DNA of 63,297 bases, counting the filler, from Kipferlia bialata (lineage: Eukaryota): assembly GCA_003568945.1 (NCBI GenBank). It is 6 parts of 5 records of this genome, joined end to end, with 100 filler letters (N's around TTAATTAATTAA, not from the genome) between each part and the next. Parts side by side here need not be neighbours in the genome. Positions count along the whole stretch, not along the records: positions 43,692 to 58,592 come from BDIP01000761.1; 5 more parts are not named here. One strand, written 5' to 3'. A program made the translations under genes and the position numbers. This document shows, in pieces, positions 43,592-57,763 of this stretch. Position 1 is the stretch's first letter. Each line of letters starts with the position of its first letter. A model generated the notes under the pieces. That model worked only from the letters and a program-made list of their open reading frames with translations, did no database searches and was not told where the DNA came from.

Positions 43592-43691
43592 NNNNNNNNN
43601 NNNNNNNNNNNNNNNNNNNNNNNNNNNNNNNNNNNTTAATTAATTAANNNNNNNNNNNNNNNNNNNNNNNNNNNNNNNNNNNNNNNNNNNN
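43592..43691. other. Artificial contig-join linker
   Basis: N44-TTAATTAATTAA-N44. Confidence 0.97.
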
Positions 43692-44030
43692 CCCCCCCCC
43701 CCATACCGATATTGAACATGCTCATGCAGCACAGCTAGAACTGACACTCTAGTAAATATATGTGTAAATACTTACTATGAGTGCAGCACACACACATATA
43801 TACATATATAGTATATATAGTATATATATATGTCATACCTATGTTGAGCATGTCCATGCAGCACACCCATATATAAATATAGATATATACTGACACTGAC
43901 ACTGATATATATGGTGTATATATACATGTCATACCTATGTTGAGCATGTCCATGCAGCACACACATATATACGTATAGGTATATACTGACACTGATACTG
44001 ATATATATAGTGTATATATACATGTCATAC

Positions 44031-44341
44031 CTATGTTGAGCATGCCCATGCAGCACAGCCAGGACCCAACCATGAAGGCAGAGAAGACATGGGGTGAGGG
44101 GGAGGCACTGTATCATATATATATGTGGGTATTCACACGTACTGAGTGGGCACTGAATGCACTGTATGCACAGAGGGCACACCCGACGCAAGAGAGACAG
44201 TGGGAGGCCTTGACACAGGACTTGCAGTTGGTGCTGATATCATTATCAGTAATAGTCTATCTATATATATATACTGATACAGATGGCCTTGACACAGGTC
44301 TTGCAGTATGTATATTTTGCAGTTGGTGCTGGGGGGGAGGG

Positions 44342-44372
<31 letters not shown>

Positions 44373-46486
44373 GAGGGAAGGGAATAGTAGGGTAGTAATG
44401 GCAATACACGTACGGGCATCAGCACACATGAGTATATAGGAAGGCGTGGAGTATATACACTGCCACTCACCAGCTGGAGCAGTTTCTGCAGTTTGTGCAG
44501 TTCTTGCAATCCTTGCAGTTGCTGGGAGTGAGTATCAGTATCACGGGTAGTATAAGTATACATATGTATACATACACAGATATATTCACACATATATACA
44601 AACATATATACAGCTGACTGTGAGTCTCTGTTGTTGTGGCATACAAGGGCGGAAAGGAATTGAGAGAGAGGTAGGTAGCGAAGAAGGTTATGGGAGCAAG
44701 AATAACCACTGTAGCACCAGTGTCAGCATAAAATACAAGCAATTCAATATCTCTCACTCACTTGCAGTTGGTGCAGTTGTAGCAGTTGGTGCAGTTGTAG
44801 CAGTTGATGTTGCCGTTGGCGTCAGGGGTGCCTTAGGGTAAGGAATACTCTGCCGGATACTAACACTTCATAGACTCAGATGCATGTTGATTAATGAGTG
44901 GTACTGTTGGTTTAGCCAGCTGCCCCAGTCGTGACTCAGAACACAATATGTATATATACACACTGATACCTCTGCTGGCAGGGCTGGGTCCGGAGAACGC
45001 TCTCTTGGAGTCAGAGACCAGATCTGGATATCAGTGCGGGAACATGTGAGTATGATAGTATTGATAATGACGTTGTTTGAGTCCGAATACTTGACACGGT
45101 TGGAGTATATACATTATATGTATCCATATATACATATATATATACAGCACCATACCTGCGACTGTCTGAGGGTTGGACCTGGCCTGGCGGTGAGTGATGT
45201 TGGGGATAGAGAGAGAGGGGGGGGAGAGAGAGAGAGATCATGAGGGCTGGGCCCTAGGAGTAAGACACGGAGAGCGGAAAGAGGGGGGGGGGGAGGAGAG
45301 AGAGAGTATAGAGGAGAAGGGGGGGGGGGGTCTCGCAATTCTTCTAACCACACAGACCTCATGACACATGAAGCATCAGTATCAATACATACCTGGTAGG
45401 AGCTCTGCATGGACCTCATCATTGCATTGATGTCCATGGGCTGCCCTCCTGTTATTAGTACGTATTCATTTATATATATGACACAGAAATAGTTAGATGT
45501 ATGCATTGATGTCCATGGGCTGGCCACCTGGCATTGGTATGTGTATGGTACTGAGAGTATGTATATATACATATCCTAAAACATGCACCGGGATACACTA
45601 CACAGCTGCGCCTCCTGGTATACACAGTAGTTCAAGACAAACACTGGACCGACGCCTCAGGTATCGACAGTGATAGCAATAGTGTAGCACAATATATGAA
45701 ATCAAGAAGTTCCATAGGAAAGAGTGCTACCTATGGATAGTATGTATAAGTACTCTACACCATCTTAATCCAACCCATATATACATATCCCTACCCTGCT
45801 GGGGCTGCTGCAAGTATGCTGAATATTATTATGTTGAACACACTATATACTATATACAAATAGAAGTACCCTGCAGCTGGGGCTGCTGCCAGTACAATGT
45901 ATAGAGAACTATATATATGTAACAAGTACAGGGTACTGTAGTGTTATTATATATATATTACATGTCCCTACCCTGCAGCTGGGGCTGCTGGGGCTACAAG
46001 TAAACTGTATAATATGTATGCATGCTATATACAATAGAAGTATAAATATAGAATACTCCCATACCCTGCTGCTGGGGCTGTTGCTGCTGGAAGGAGGAGT
46101 AGGGGATGCCGGTGGGGGCAGGTGGCTGGACAGGGGCGGGGGCAGGGGCTGGGGGTGGGGGGTGGGGGTAGGATTAGGTTGACACAGATATATCAGCATG
46201 AATTCTCCATAAGTATGAACAAATATGAGTGTGACTGCATATATGCTGACTGACAGCCACAGTGTAAACACAAATATACGAGGGGGAGCAGAGGGAGGAA
46301 GAGAGAGGAGTAACACCACGATAGCAGAGGCAATGAGCCATCCTTGTACAATAATAGGTGAGTATCCCCTGCTGTATCATGACATATATATACACATATA
46401 TGTATACAGACATGTACCTGAGGGGGCAGTGTTGAATGTGGTAGGGTATGCTGCATTGCCACCTCCTGGGGCAGCGGGGTAGCCCT
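44031..46486 (-). CDS. Pro/Gln-rich protein with Cys-x-x triplet repeat domain; both ends uncertain
   Basis: Exons GYPAAPGGGNAAYP / APAPAPVQPP..FQQQQPQQQG / GQPMDINAMMRSMQSSYQ / GTPDANGNINCYNCTNCYNCTNC / NCKDCKNCTNCRNCSSC / TNCKSCVKASHCLSCVGCALCAYSAFSAHS / VFSAFMVGSWLCCMGMLNIG join in phase. Confidence 0.72.
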
Positions 46487-47941
46487 GGTGGGTGAGTATA
46501 GAGAAGCAGTGGAGTAGAGAAATGTATGTGTAATATGTACAGATCAAGACATGGGTCATAATGGCCCAGGTGCCAGATATATACGCCGACACAATCACAA
46601 GCATCGATACATACGCAATCACATCACTGCAACACCGCTGGAAATAAGGGAGAGAGGGGGGGGAGGCAGGTAGGCACATCACACTACAAGTGGTACCAAT
46701 ATCGACAGACATGGATACAGTCAGGATAGAGCAAATCACAGCAATACTCGCATATTGTACATATATAAACAAGCAGTAAACGCATCGACCCTTTAGATAG
46801 TGATAAAATTGGAATAGAACTACTTTGTGATAGTGGCACTATCTCGGTACTGACTACCATACAGAGACCAAGATATGAGAAATACACCGCCTACCCAAAT
46901 ATATATGCTACAAGGACTAGACACAGCGAGTTATAAATATATACGCACGAATAATGGCAATTGGCAGACTATGAAGACACATAGAGACAAACATGATTCC
47001 GGTACCGGTACCGGTACCAAATAAGTATCGCCATATCATGGATCAGATATTCTCAAACGCACCTGGGTTGGATCAGCCTGAGTGTAGACGGGAGCATACA
47101 CAGGCTGGGGCTGGGTGTAAGAGTGCACAATGTGTATGTAGGTGCATTTGGTACTGTAACACTAATCGGTGTCGTGGCTGGATAGGACTCCCCTCCCTCT
47201 CCATACCTCGTTGTACCCTGCAGCTGGTGCCCCATATGCAGAGTCGGCAGTACCTATGTTGTAGTTGTAGTCAGTCATGTTAGATGCAGATAGACTGTGA
47301 GAGAGATCAGTCATCTCACTGTCAACATATACCATACCCTTTAGTCAGCGTTGTGTTTGGGTTTGTCATATCTTGCCAATTAGCAACAAAATCAAGGTTG
47401 AGCGTCTTGCCACCGTACGGCGTATTTGAGGAGAATGCTCAGCTGCACATTCTTAAGGCTGCTGTTATCGGTTCCAGCACGCCCCGCTTGGGATGAGTCC
47501 TCAGGTCGGTATGAGTATACAGAGGGCTATATATACAGGAGCGATAGGCAGAGAGAGAGTGAGATGACCAGTGAATGAGGCTGTGTGCGGAATACGAGTA
47601 TCATAGTCTATAGAGATTTGTATGCATTCCGCTATTGGTGCTGTATTAGCAGCTCATCTTGTATAGAGGAGGTGTGTCTGAGATATATAGATATAGTGTC
47701 AGTCAGGACTGGTGGCGTATGTTGTGATTTACCCCTGTCCATAATTTTTCTTGTGTATTAGTGTAGCACGAGTATCCAACAATATGCCACAACGTGTACT
47801 CTCCCTGGCCACGGCAACAACTACACTGACTATTCACCGTCTGTCTCTTCTTGCTATCCCCCCCCCCCCTCTGTCTCTGTGGCCTATCAGCCTGTCTTCT
47901 CATTCGGCTCCCTTCACCCCCATGCTCTCTTCTGACCCTAG

Positions 47942-48502
47942 GCCTTTCCGACCGATGAGACACCGCAGCCAGAGTCCCCTCATAGGTACACGCATATGTC
48001 ATATGTTGTATGTATATATACACTTGTCACTGTCTCTAGCCATCACCATGTATCTCTATCAAGTCATACAAGTGACAGCCGTATCAGTCTTAGCTGTCTC
48101 TGTGTATATTCACTCACCCCATAGCCCCCCCTCCCCTATCCCAGCCCGCGAGATAGGCTTTGAGGGTCTACCCCATCATGAGTTCAGGGCATTCCTTACA
48201 GGGGTGGCGGGTGGTATGGTATGTTGCAGTGGCATTGCTATATATCCTTACCCTCCGTCTCTCTCTGACACTGACCCCCAGGTGGCCAAGAACATCATGT
48301 CGATGGGTGTGACCCCTGCTGTCCTAAGTAGCATGAGTGCTCAGGACATGACGGCATTTGGGATGAGCCTCTCAGACGCAGGTGCGTGTATGTGTGTATG
48401 TACCTGGTATATGTGTATACATTTCCCTCCACCCCCCCACCCCCAGACCTCCTTGTGTCCAGGGTCCAGGCTGTGTCTGAAGGAGTGGCACAGGGGCACA
48501 CA
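47942..48502 (+). CDS. Small multi-exon protein, possible SAM-like helical domain; ends uncertain
   Basis: Exons AREIGFEGLPHHEFRAFLTGVAGGM / VAKNIMSMGVTPAVLSSMSAQDMTAFGMSLSDA / DLLVSRVQAV with canonical splice signals; the hydrophobic pattern resembles SAM. Confidence 0.5.
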
Positions 48503-48638
48503 GTGAGGTACGGAGAGCAGGACAGGGGGGGGGCATGCTCATATATATATACATATATATGCTTGCTCCTCAGGTGTGATGTGATTTTATTGTATCAAGA
48601 GATACAAAGTAGTACTTTGAAATATATGCAAGATAGTA

Positions 48639-48681
<43 letters not shown>

Positions 48682-48694
48682 CGTGCCCCCCCGC

Positions 48695-49095
48695 NNNNNN
48701 NNNNNNNNNNNNNNNNNNNNNNNNNNNNNNNNNNNNNNNNNNNNNNNNNNNNNNNNNNNNNNNNNNNNNNNNNNNNNNNNNNNNNNNNNNNNNNNNNNNN
48801 NNNNNNNNNNNNNNNNNNNNNNNNNNNNNNNNNNNNNNNNNNNNNNNNNNNNNNNNNNNNNNNNNNNNNNNNNNNNNNNNNNNNNNNNNNNNNNNNNNNN
48901 NNNNNNNNNNNNNNNNNNNNNNNNNNNNNNNNNNNNNNNNNNNNNNNNNNNNNNNNNNNNNNNNNNNNNNNNNNNNNNNNNNNNNNNNNNNNNNNNNNNN
49001 NNNNNNNNNNNNNNNNNNNNNNNNNNNNNNNNNNNNNNNNNNNNNNNNNNNNNNNNNNNNNNNNNNNNNNNNNNNNNNNNNNNNNNNNNNNNNNN
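48695..49095. other. Scaffold gap (401 N)
   Basis: N run with no linker, flanked by C and G homopolymers. Confidence 0.95.
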
Positions 49096-49149
49096 AAATG
49101 AAAAGAATGAAGAGGGGGGGGGGGGGGGGGGGGTGAGAGAGAGACAGAG

Positions 49150-52100
49150 AGAGAGAGACTTGAGGGTCCAGCCACTGGGGCCTCTTTGAAGCCTAGGGGT
49201 TAGATATATAAATAGAGAGAAATAGAGAGAGAGAGAGAGAAAGAGGCACTTGAGGGCCTCTTTAAAGATAATGTATTGTTGGGTCGGCATTCCAACACAA
49301 TACAGAGCTGCACCAATATACCACCACCATGTATACATATTAATCCACTTGTATGCATATATATATACGTGTGTATAAGGATATGTAGAGAGAGAGAGAG
49401 ATATACATACCTGCACAGTTCTGCACTGCCATTGTACAGTGCCCCTGGGTTGACAACCACCACACCCTTGCCAATGACATCTACCCTCTGGAGGGGCCTG
49501 ATATAAGGGTGTAGAGGGAGAGAGAGAGAGAGAGAATAGTTTCTATGTGTGTGCCGTGGAACACCAACTCACATGTCTGGCTGACTTGGATAAAACACAT
49601 ACATATATAGTACATATGAATATTCAAAAATGTTTATGTATACACTGAATACACTTTGTATAGTATGCTCTAGTATGTGGTTTGGTACCTGTGAGTGAGT
49701 GTGTATATATATAGTATATATGGTATATACATATAGTATTGCATAGTGTATAGTGTGTATTACACAGTGGATATACTGTGCGTGTGTCCGTGGAACACAC
49801 CCCTCACTACGTGTCTCTCTGACTTGGACAGTATATATATAGTACATTCTGTATTGTGTAGTATATATAGTATATATAGTATAGACTACGGTACCAATGT
49901 GTATGCCCGTAGAACACTCCTCTGACCATGTCTGTCTGACTTGGATAGTAAAATGTATATTTGTATATTTAGAACATTCACTACAGTATGGAACGCTGTA
50001 ATATATAGTATACTAACCTGTGTGTGTGCCCGTGGAATACCCCCCTGACTACATGTCTGTCTGACTTGGTGTGGGACCCTCTCCACTCAGACAACAAACA
50101 GAGTCTAGAGACCTGGAATGAGGGGCCAAGGGGAGAGAAATAAGGGGCCAGAGGGAGAGAGAGGGAGAGTGAGTGACCCTCTCCAGTCAGAGAGGAGACA
50201 CAGCCCAGAGACCTGACACAAGTGACTATTGTGTATATGCTGCAGTATACATACATACGAGAATCTCTTTACCTCAGGGTTTCCGAGTGTCTATATGTCC
50301 AATGGAGCGACCAATAATATATTCATATGTGAAGCAGTATAATTGTATGAACGCATATATGTATATATCAAATACCTCTGGTCTAGAGTGCATGGAACAA
50401 TACTAACATACACATATACTGCAATAATACCTCTGGGTTGCCTAGTGTCTGCAGATCCATGGAGGACTGAACAGGTGTCATAGGACTGCTATCCTGCAAC
50501 GTTGCATCACCATCCTGCAACGTTGCATCACCGTCCTGCAACGTTGCATCGGTGGATGGAAGTGATGGGGTGGCAGAGGGGGTGGGCTCTCTCTCCCTCT
50601 CCCTCTCTCTCTCCCTCTCCATCTCTGTGACTCCCTTCTTAGGGGTAGCTGCTGCATACTGGGCACTGGTCAGAGAGCCTAGAGGGCCCTGGTATAAGAC
50701 TACTTCAATATCGATATATTATTATATATGTCTAGAGAGAGAGAGAAAGGATGCATACTGGGCACTGGTCAGAGAGCCTAGGGGGCCCTGGTATAAGACT
50801 ACTTCAATATCGATATATTATTCCATAAATATAGAGAGAGAGAGAGAAAGGATGCGTACTGGGCACTGGTCAGAGAGCCTAGGGGGCCCTGAGATTAGAC
50901 TCTTTTGAGAGGGGAAGGGGAATCACAGTCATCGCAACACACCCATAGCCGTTCTACACTTGTGAATACCTAAATAGCATACTATACTACTCTCTCTATA
51001 TACATAGACACACCTGGTGACTGATCAGGAACACTGACACATGGCTGTCCGAGGATGGCTGCAGGCAGGGCAGGTTGATGCTGTTGTTAGTATATATAAT
51101 ACACTGTATCCATATATATATATAGTACTATTATATAGCATTAATGAATGTGCAAAGATACAGATGACTGGCAGGCAGGCAGGTTGATGCTGGGGTGAGA
51201 AACACACATACATAATCAATTATGTGATACATACTAATGTGTATATATACTGTCCTCTTACGCTGCCGAGAGGTATGCCATGTCTAGACCAGGGCAGATA
51301 TGGACACTATATATGTATGTATACTACATATTCTCTTCATATATATACTATGTATACATACTGTCCGCTTACCCTGCCGATAGGTATGTCATGTCTAGCC
51401 CTGGGTCTGGGATGGACACCCCAGTGATACTGTCAGGCTCTCTCTCTCTCTCTCTCTCCTCCCTGGCTCTGGCATGGGCCTATGGTGAATAGAAAGAAAG
51501 AAATGGATGTAATATATCATATATGCAAGGGTATTAAGAATACTGATACTTCATCACTGGCTCTAGCATGGGCCTATGGTTTAAAAGAAAGGGAAGAAAT
51601 CACCTATGGATTCATAAAAGCATATATGCAAGGGGATTAAGAATATTGATACTTCCTCACTGGCTCTGGCATGGGCCTATTGTGAATAGGGGTTTAGGGA
51701 GAGAGAGACTATATATATATAATATCAGGTGAATAGGGGTCCTTCAAAAGAGAGAGAGAGATGGGAGGGGGAGAGTTGAGAGGAAGACCAAACTCTACTA
51801 TTGTTGCATAAGTATTGTTACACTATCCTTTACCTGTCTTCTCACTCTGTCCCTCTGGTCAGACAGGAAGGAACCTGGACATAAGGGTGTAGAGGGAGAG
51901 AGAGAAAGAGGAAACTGAAACAGAGGGGGAGAGAGTATATCCATGATATATACCTATCAGTCCATTTGCCTCTGGTAAGGCAGGGTGCTGGGAGAACTCC
52001 TGGGTGTGAGGGAGATTCATATATACATATTTGTATGTGTATATACATATATGGTATAGGGAGAGAGAGAGAGAGAGAGAACTCCTGAGTGTGAGGGAGA

Positions 52101-52435
52101 ATTCATACAGTATGTTATATGATATATATATATTTGCATATATATGTATACTAGGCCTAGTATATATGATATGATACAGTGTGACAGGGAGACAGAGAGA
52201 AGAAGGAAGTGTATGATAGGAGAAAGAAATTCATCATTGTTGCTCAGAGTTCACTGTTGGCATGCCCCCACCTTTTTCTCTATCTACCCATAATGTATAT
52301 ATATACTATAGTTCTACTATAATTGTATATATACATATATATACATATTTGTATGTGTATATATACCATACCTCACTATCCACTGTTGGCATTCCTCCAT
52401 CCTTGAACATGGCATCCATCCTGGGGGTCAGTGGC

Positions 52436-52472
<37 letters not shown>

Positions 52473-53089
52473 AGCATCCAGCCTGAGTCATTGGGAGAAA
52501 ATATACTATGCTTACAATAAATAAATAAATACATATACTATACTACAATACATGAGTCAGGCGTCCGTCCTTGAACATGGCGTCCATCCTGATAGTGAGG
52601 GAAGATATATACTACAGTATGTATAATCCTTTTTGCAAACATTATATACAGCTATGCTGAATGAAGGGGGTAACGCAATCCTTGGAACACTCTCCTTCAA
52701 CATGTATATGGCACAAGTATTGAACATGGCATCCATCCTTAGGGTACGGGTGATAGATACTTCATATAGAGGTTATACTAACAACAAATCGGTTCCATCC
52801 CGAGGGTAAGGCAACAGAAGACAATACTCATATACACCTCTGCCACATCTCTCTCTCTATATATATATATCCTCCTTACCTCTCTCTCCCAGTCTGTGTC
52901 TCTCCCTCTCCATCTGCCTTTGGCACCATCTCTCTCTCTCTTTCTCCTTCTCTCTCTCTCCCCACACACACATATATATATCATCCTTACCTCTCTCTCC
53001 CACTCTGCCCCTCTGCCTCTCCCTCTGCCTTAGGCTTCCCAGAGATGGGGACGAGGTGGCTATCGCTTATGGTAAGGGAAGAACAGAAA

Positions 53090-53121
<32 letters not shown>

Positions 53122-53604
53122 ACGGACAAGTTAGGTATCACTTGGGTAAGAGTAATATCTATATACTATCAAATGATGTATGTAATAGATATCCGGCGTA
53201 GACAGTATAGGAGAGAGTCATATACACACCCTAATAGTAAGACATACACAAGTGCAATTCTTCCAATAGAATAGAATATATATACATACCCCTTGAGCCC
53301 AGACATTGTCACAAACTCCAGACCCTCCAGACCAGGCACATTCTGACAATAAGGGTGTAGAGGGAGAGAGAGAGAGAGAGGACATTCCAACACTAAGGGT
53401 GTAGAGGGAGAGATAGAGTGTAATAAGGGTGTAGAGGGAGAGAATATACCTCCTTGTTTGCCGCTGAACATTCTGATACTAAGGGTGTAGAGGGAGAGAG
53501 AGAGAGATATTGCAACTCTGATAGTACGGGTGTAGAGAGGGAGAGAATACCTCCTTGTTTGCCGCTGACCCGTCCAGGGGGTTGACTCCACTGATGCCTG
53601 GTGT

Positions 53605-53652
<48 letters not shown>

Positions 53653-54160
53653 GTGGATACCAGGTGTCAAAGATAAACATTGGATAGAGACACGATATCT
53701 ATTAAAAGAAATTCTTCTTGATTAATTAGTGACACACATCACACTTACCCATCGAGAGCAGAGCGTACAGCTGCTGTGCCTGCTGCTTCTTATTAAAGGG
53801 TGTAGAGAGAGAGAGAGAGAGGACATACCCATCGAGAGCAGGGCGTACAGCTGCTGGGCCTGCTGCTTCTCAGAGGTGTTGAGGGGGGTGGTCTGACATA
53901 AGGGGGTAGAGGGGGAGAGATAAGGGGGAAGAGGGAGACACTATCCAGCAACATCAAGAGTCGGGAGCGAGAGATGAGATGAGATGATTACAACCTGATG
54001 ATACACTTTATTACATTAACTATTCTATTATGTACAGCATCATGTACAACATCATGTACAACAAACAGTATACCTTTCTAATTGGCTGATACTCCCCGTC
54101 ACTGAGCTGGTGGCTCTTCTTGTTGGTCATACCAAGAACACTGGCCCTAAAATAAGGGTC

Positions 54161-54197
<37 letters not shown>

Positions 54198-54246
54198 GGC
54201 TCTTCTTGTTGGTCATACCCAAAACACTGGCCCTAGAATAAGGGTC

Positions 54247-54280
<34 letters not shown>

Positions 54281-56874
54281 CGTACCTGTCCAAGAACCAC
54301 GAGGCAGGGTGCACCCCCTCCATGACTGCCCTCTCCCTCTCCTTCTCGAGGGTCCTCTGGCGCTGGGATAAGAGTATGAATATACATATATACTGCTATG
54401 TATTGAGACCACTACATACTATACATATACATATATATATGATATATATATATACTCTATATATACTATGCAAATATCTGACTGCCCTCTCGAGTGTCCT
54501 CTGGCGCTGGGATCAGTATACACACATACATATATATACAAACTGTATACATGCACTTGTTAATGTGTGTGTATAATCTTCTCGAGTGTCCTCTGGCGCT
54601 GGGATAAGAGTATATATACACATCAGATATAAATATATTATATGCATACACAGCCTCTCTTTCCATCCATATATCTGTGTGTGTCTGTGTGTGTGTCTAT
54701 ATTAATGAATAATATACGATACAAATTCTCATACCTCCAGTCTCTCTCTGTGCCCATCTGTCTCAGGGACCTCTCTCTCCCTGGCCTTGTTGGAGGCCTG
54801 GGCATCAGTATATGAGTATAGAAAGAGAGAGAGACAGAGAGAGAGAGAAAGTACCTTGTTCGATGCCTTGTTGGAGAACATGGAGACAGATGCCTTGTTG
54901 GAGCCCTTGTTGCTGGTATATGAGAGCCTCAAATATATACACACAAAGGCCTTACACATTGTAATTCACAACTCAGACCTGACCACAAGTATACGTCAAT
55001 ATATATTCAATATATTAACATATATCCAACACTACATATATATATACTCTCTCTATATACATACCTGAGCCCTGACCAGAGCTTGTTCATGGCTGCCCAC
55101 TTGGACTGGACAGTGTCCCTGGGGTCAGTATATATATATATACATATATACATTAATACCATACAGTGTCCCTGGGGTGAGATATATATATATACATAGA
55201 TATATAGTGGCCCTGGGGTTAGTATATATATAAACAATACCAATTAATATATAATATATACACAGACATAGACATATATATATCATACTATATAGTATAC
55301 AATTTTATGCCCACTTGGACTGGACAGTGTCCCTGGGGTTAATACTAATATATTAATACCAATATATAATGTATATTAACATAATATATATATATATATG
55401 TTAATACCAATATATAACATGTACATAGACAAAAATATATCATTATATGCCCACTTGGACTGGACAGTGTCCCTGGGGTTAGTATGTATACACTACATAG
55501 AAACACTATAGATGAATACATACTTTGGTAGAAATTACTCATACAGTACCTGTATCCAATGAGGCTGTCCTGTATGTGGCACCGCAGAGCAGGCACAGAG
55601 GGGATACTCCTGAGAATAAGGGGGTAGAGAGAGAGAGAGAGTAACAACACACAAAGAAGAAACAGAGAGAATAGAGAGAGAATATTTTGGGTGCAGAGAG
55701 ACAGAAAGATAGAGGGAGAGAGAGAGAGAGAGAGAGAACTACTAAACCACAACACAGCCTCGTAGTCTAATATTAAGGGTGCAGAGAGAGAGAGAGAGAG
55801 AGACAGAGAGAGAGACTCTCCTTACCTGAACACAGCCTCGTAGTTTGCCAGTCCATACTAAGACGGAGAGACAATATAGATATATCTAGTATGGGTGTAA
55901 ATAGAGAGCTATGGCATACCTGAACACAGCCTCATAGTCTAATATATTAAGGGTGCAGAGAGAGAGAGAGAGAGTAACGATACCTGAACACAGCCTCGTA
56001 GTCTGCCAGTGTCATTGTGTTTCTGCATGTCACAACATGGGACAGGGTGGGGACACAGGGGCCTAGAGTGAGTATTGAACAATTGCAACAATTGCAATAG
56101 GTAATTACTCTCTAGAGCAGTTAAGGTAGTTGTAAGGTTGAGAGAACACAGGGGCCTTCAATGGGTATTTAACAATTATCAAAAGACTATGGATTGATTA
56201 CCACTATTGATGAGTGTTTACTATATATACTATACTACATACCTAGCCCCCACTCCTTCCACTTCTTGGCACGGAAGTCCATGCCCCTGATAGTAAGGGG
56301 GTAGAGAGAGAGAGAGACAGTAGATCTAAGCGTGTAGAGAGAAGTGTCTCATTATGAAAATTTAGTAATCATATATACCTACTACTAATACTAGGCCTAA
56401 TACCTATATATATATATGCCTCATTACTAATTACTCACATAAATATGCTTGTATATACCTTATGTCTGCCCCAAACACCATGTGTCTGGCCAGTGTCCTG
56501 GCCAACAATTATTAATATCTATATATTAATATATTAATCTGTATTATACAATAGTGCTATATATCTACCTTATATCTGCACCAAACACCATGTGTCTGGC
56601 CAGTGTCTTGGCCAGCTGCTTCTGGGTGTCCTTGTCAGTCTTCCTGGGTCATTAGATTTAGGGGCACTACCAGAATGTGGGTAATTACATTAGTATTATA
56701 TAGGAATACGTAGCCTATGTATATTCATATTCTACCTACCAATCTAGGGCCTACTATACTCTCTCTCTCTATATATATATATCACTATACCTTGGTTTGT
56801 GCATGTCCTCTGGGGCAGCCTCCATGGCCTTGTAGGGGTAGCCCCCAATGTACTTACGGCCTGGATATTACGGG

Positions 56875-56905
<31 letters not shown>

Positions 56906-57619
56906 TGTATCTATCTATATACCTGTGTGGTTTGGGGCAGTCCCTCCTATCCCTGCAAATACAAGGTCATCAGACAGATAGAGGACCCTCTTGTGCAGAT
57001 TGGCACAAAAGGAGATCCTGTGGTTAAAGGTGCTAGCTGGAGAGAGAGAGAGTAAAAGAAAAGTACAGCTTTAAATGGGTCTAGCTAGAGAGAGAGAGAG
57101 TACCTTGGCCTAAACCTCTGCATGTGTCTGAAGAGAGCGTCCTTGTCAGTATCGGCAGGCTGGAGTGAGAAAAGGGTGTAGAGGAGGAGAGAGAGAGAGC
57201 ATACCCTAAATAGAGCCGCTGGGTCATGGTTACCAGGGACGTAGTATACATCCACGCATATCTCTGTGAGGATGGCAAGGATCTCCTTGACCTACGATAA
57301 GGGTGTAGAGGGAGAGAGTCACAATATAGACAATACGGGTCCAGAGAGAGAGAGAGTCTGTGAAGATGGCAAGGATCTCCTTGACCTGCAATAAGGGTGT
57401 AGAGGGAGAGAAGAAAGAAGAAGCTTAGTCCAGAGTAACAGAGATCCAGAGGGACTTGGTGGTGTGAAAACATATACGTGGTATGTGTCCTTCAGTAACT
57501 CTATAAGAGACAGATAGGGAGAGAGAGGGTAGGTTGATAGTGTTGAGGATGATTAGAGGGAGTGAGTGGGATCCCCATAAGGGACATAGGGAGAGTTACA
57601 CAATCTCTCTCTATCTCAT

Positions 57620-57656
<37 letters not shown>

Positions 57657-57713
57657 ACACAATCTCTCTCATCAAAGAGAGAGAGAGTGGGTTCTTCCTA
57701 CCTGTGCAGGGGC

Positions 57714-57763
<50 letters not shown>

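Noticed and set aside
48570..49416. Poly-Pro/poly-Gly ORFs spanning the gap
   Set aside because: Produced by homopolymers and Ns at contig ends.
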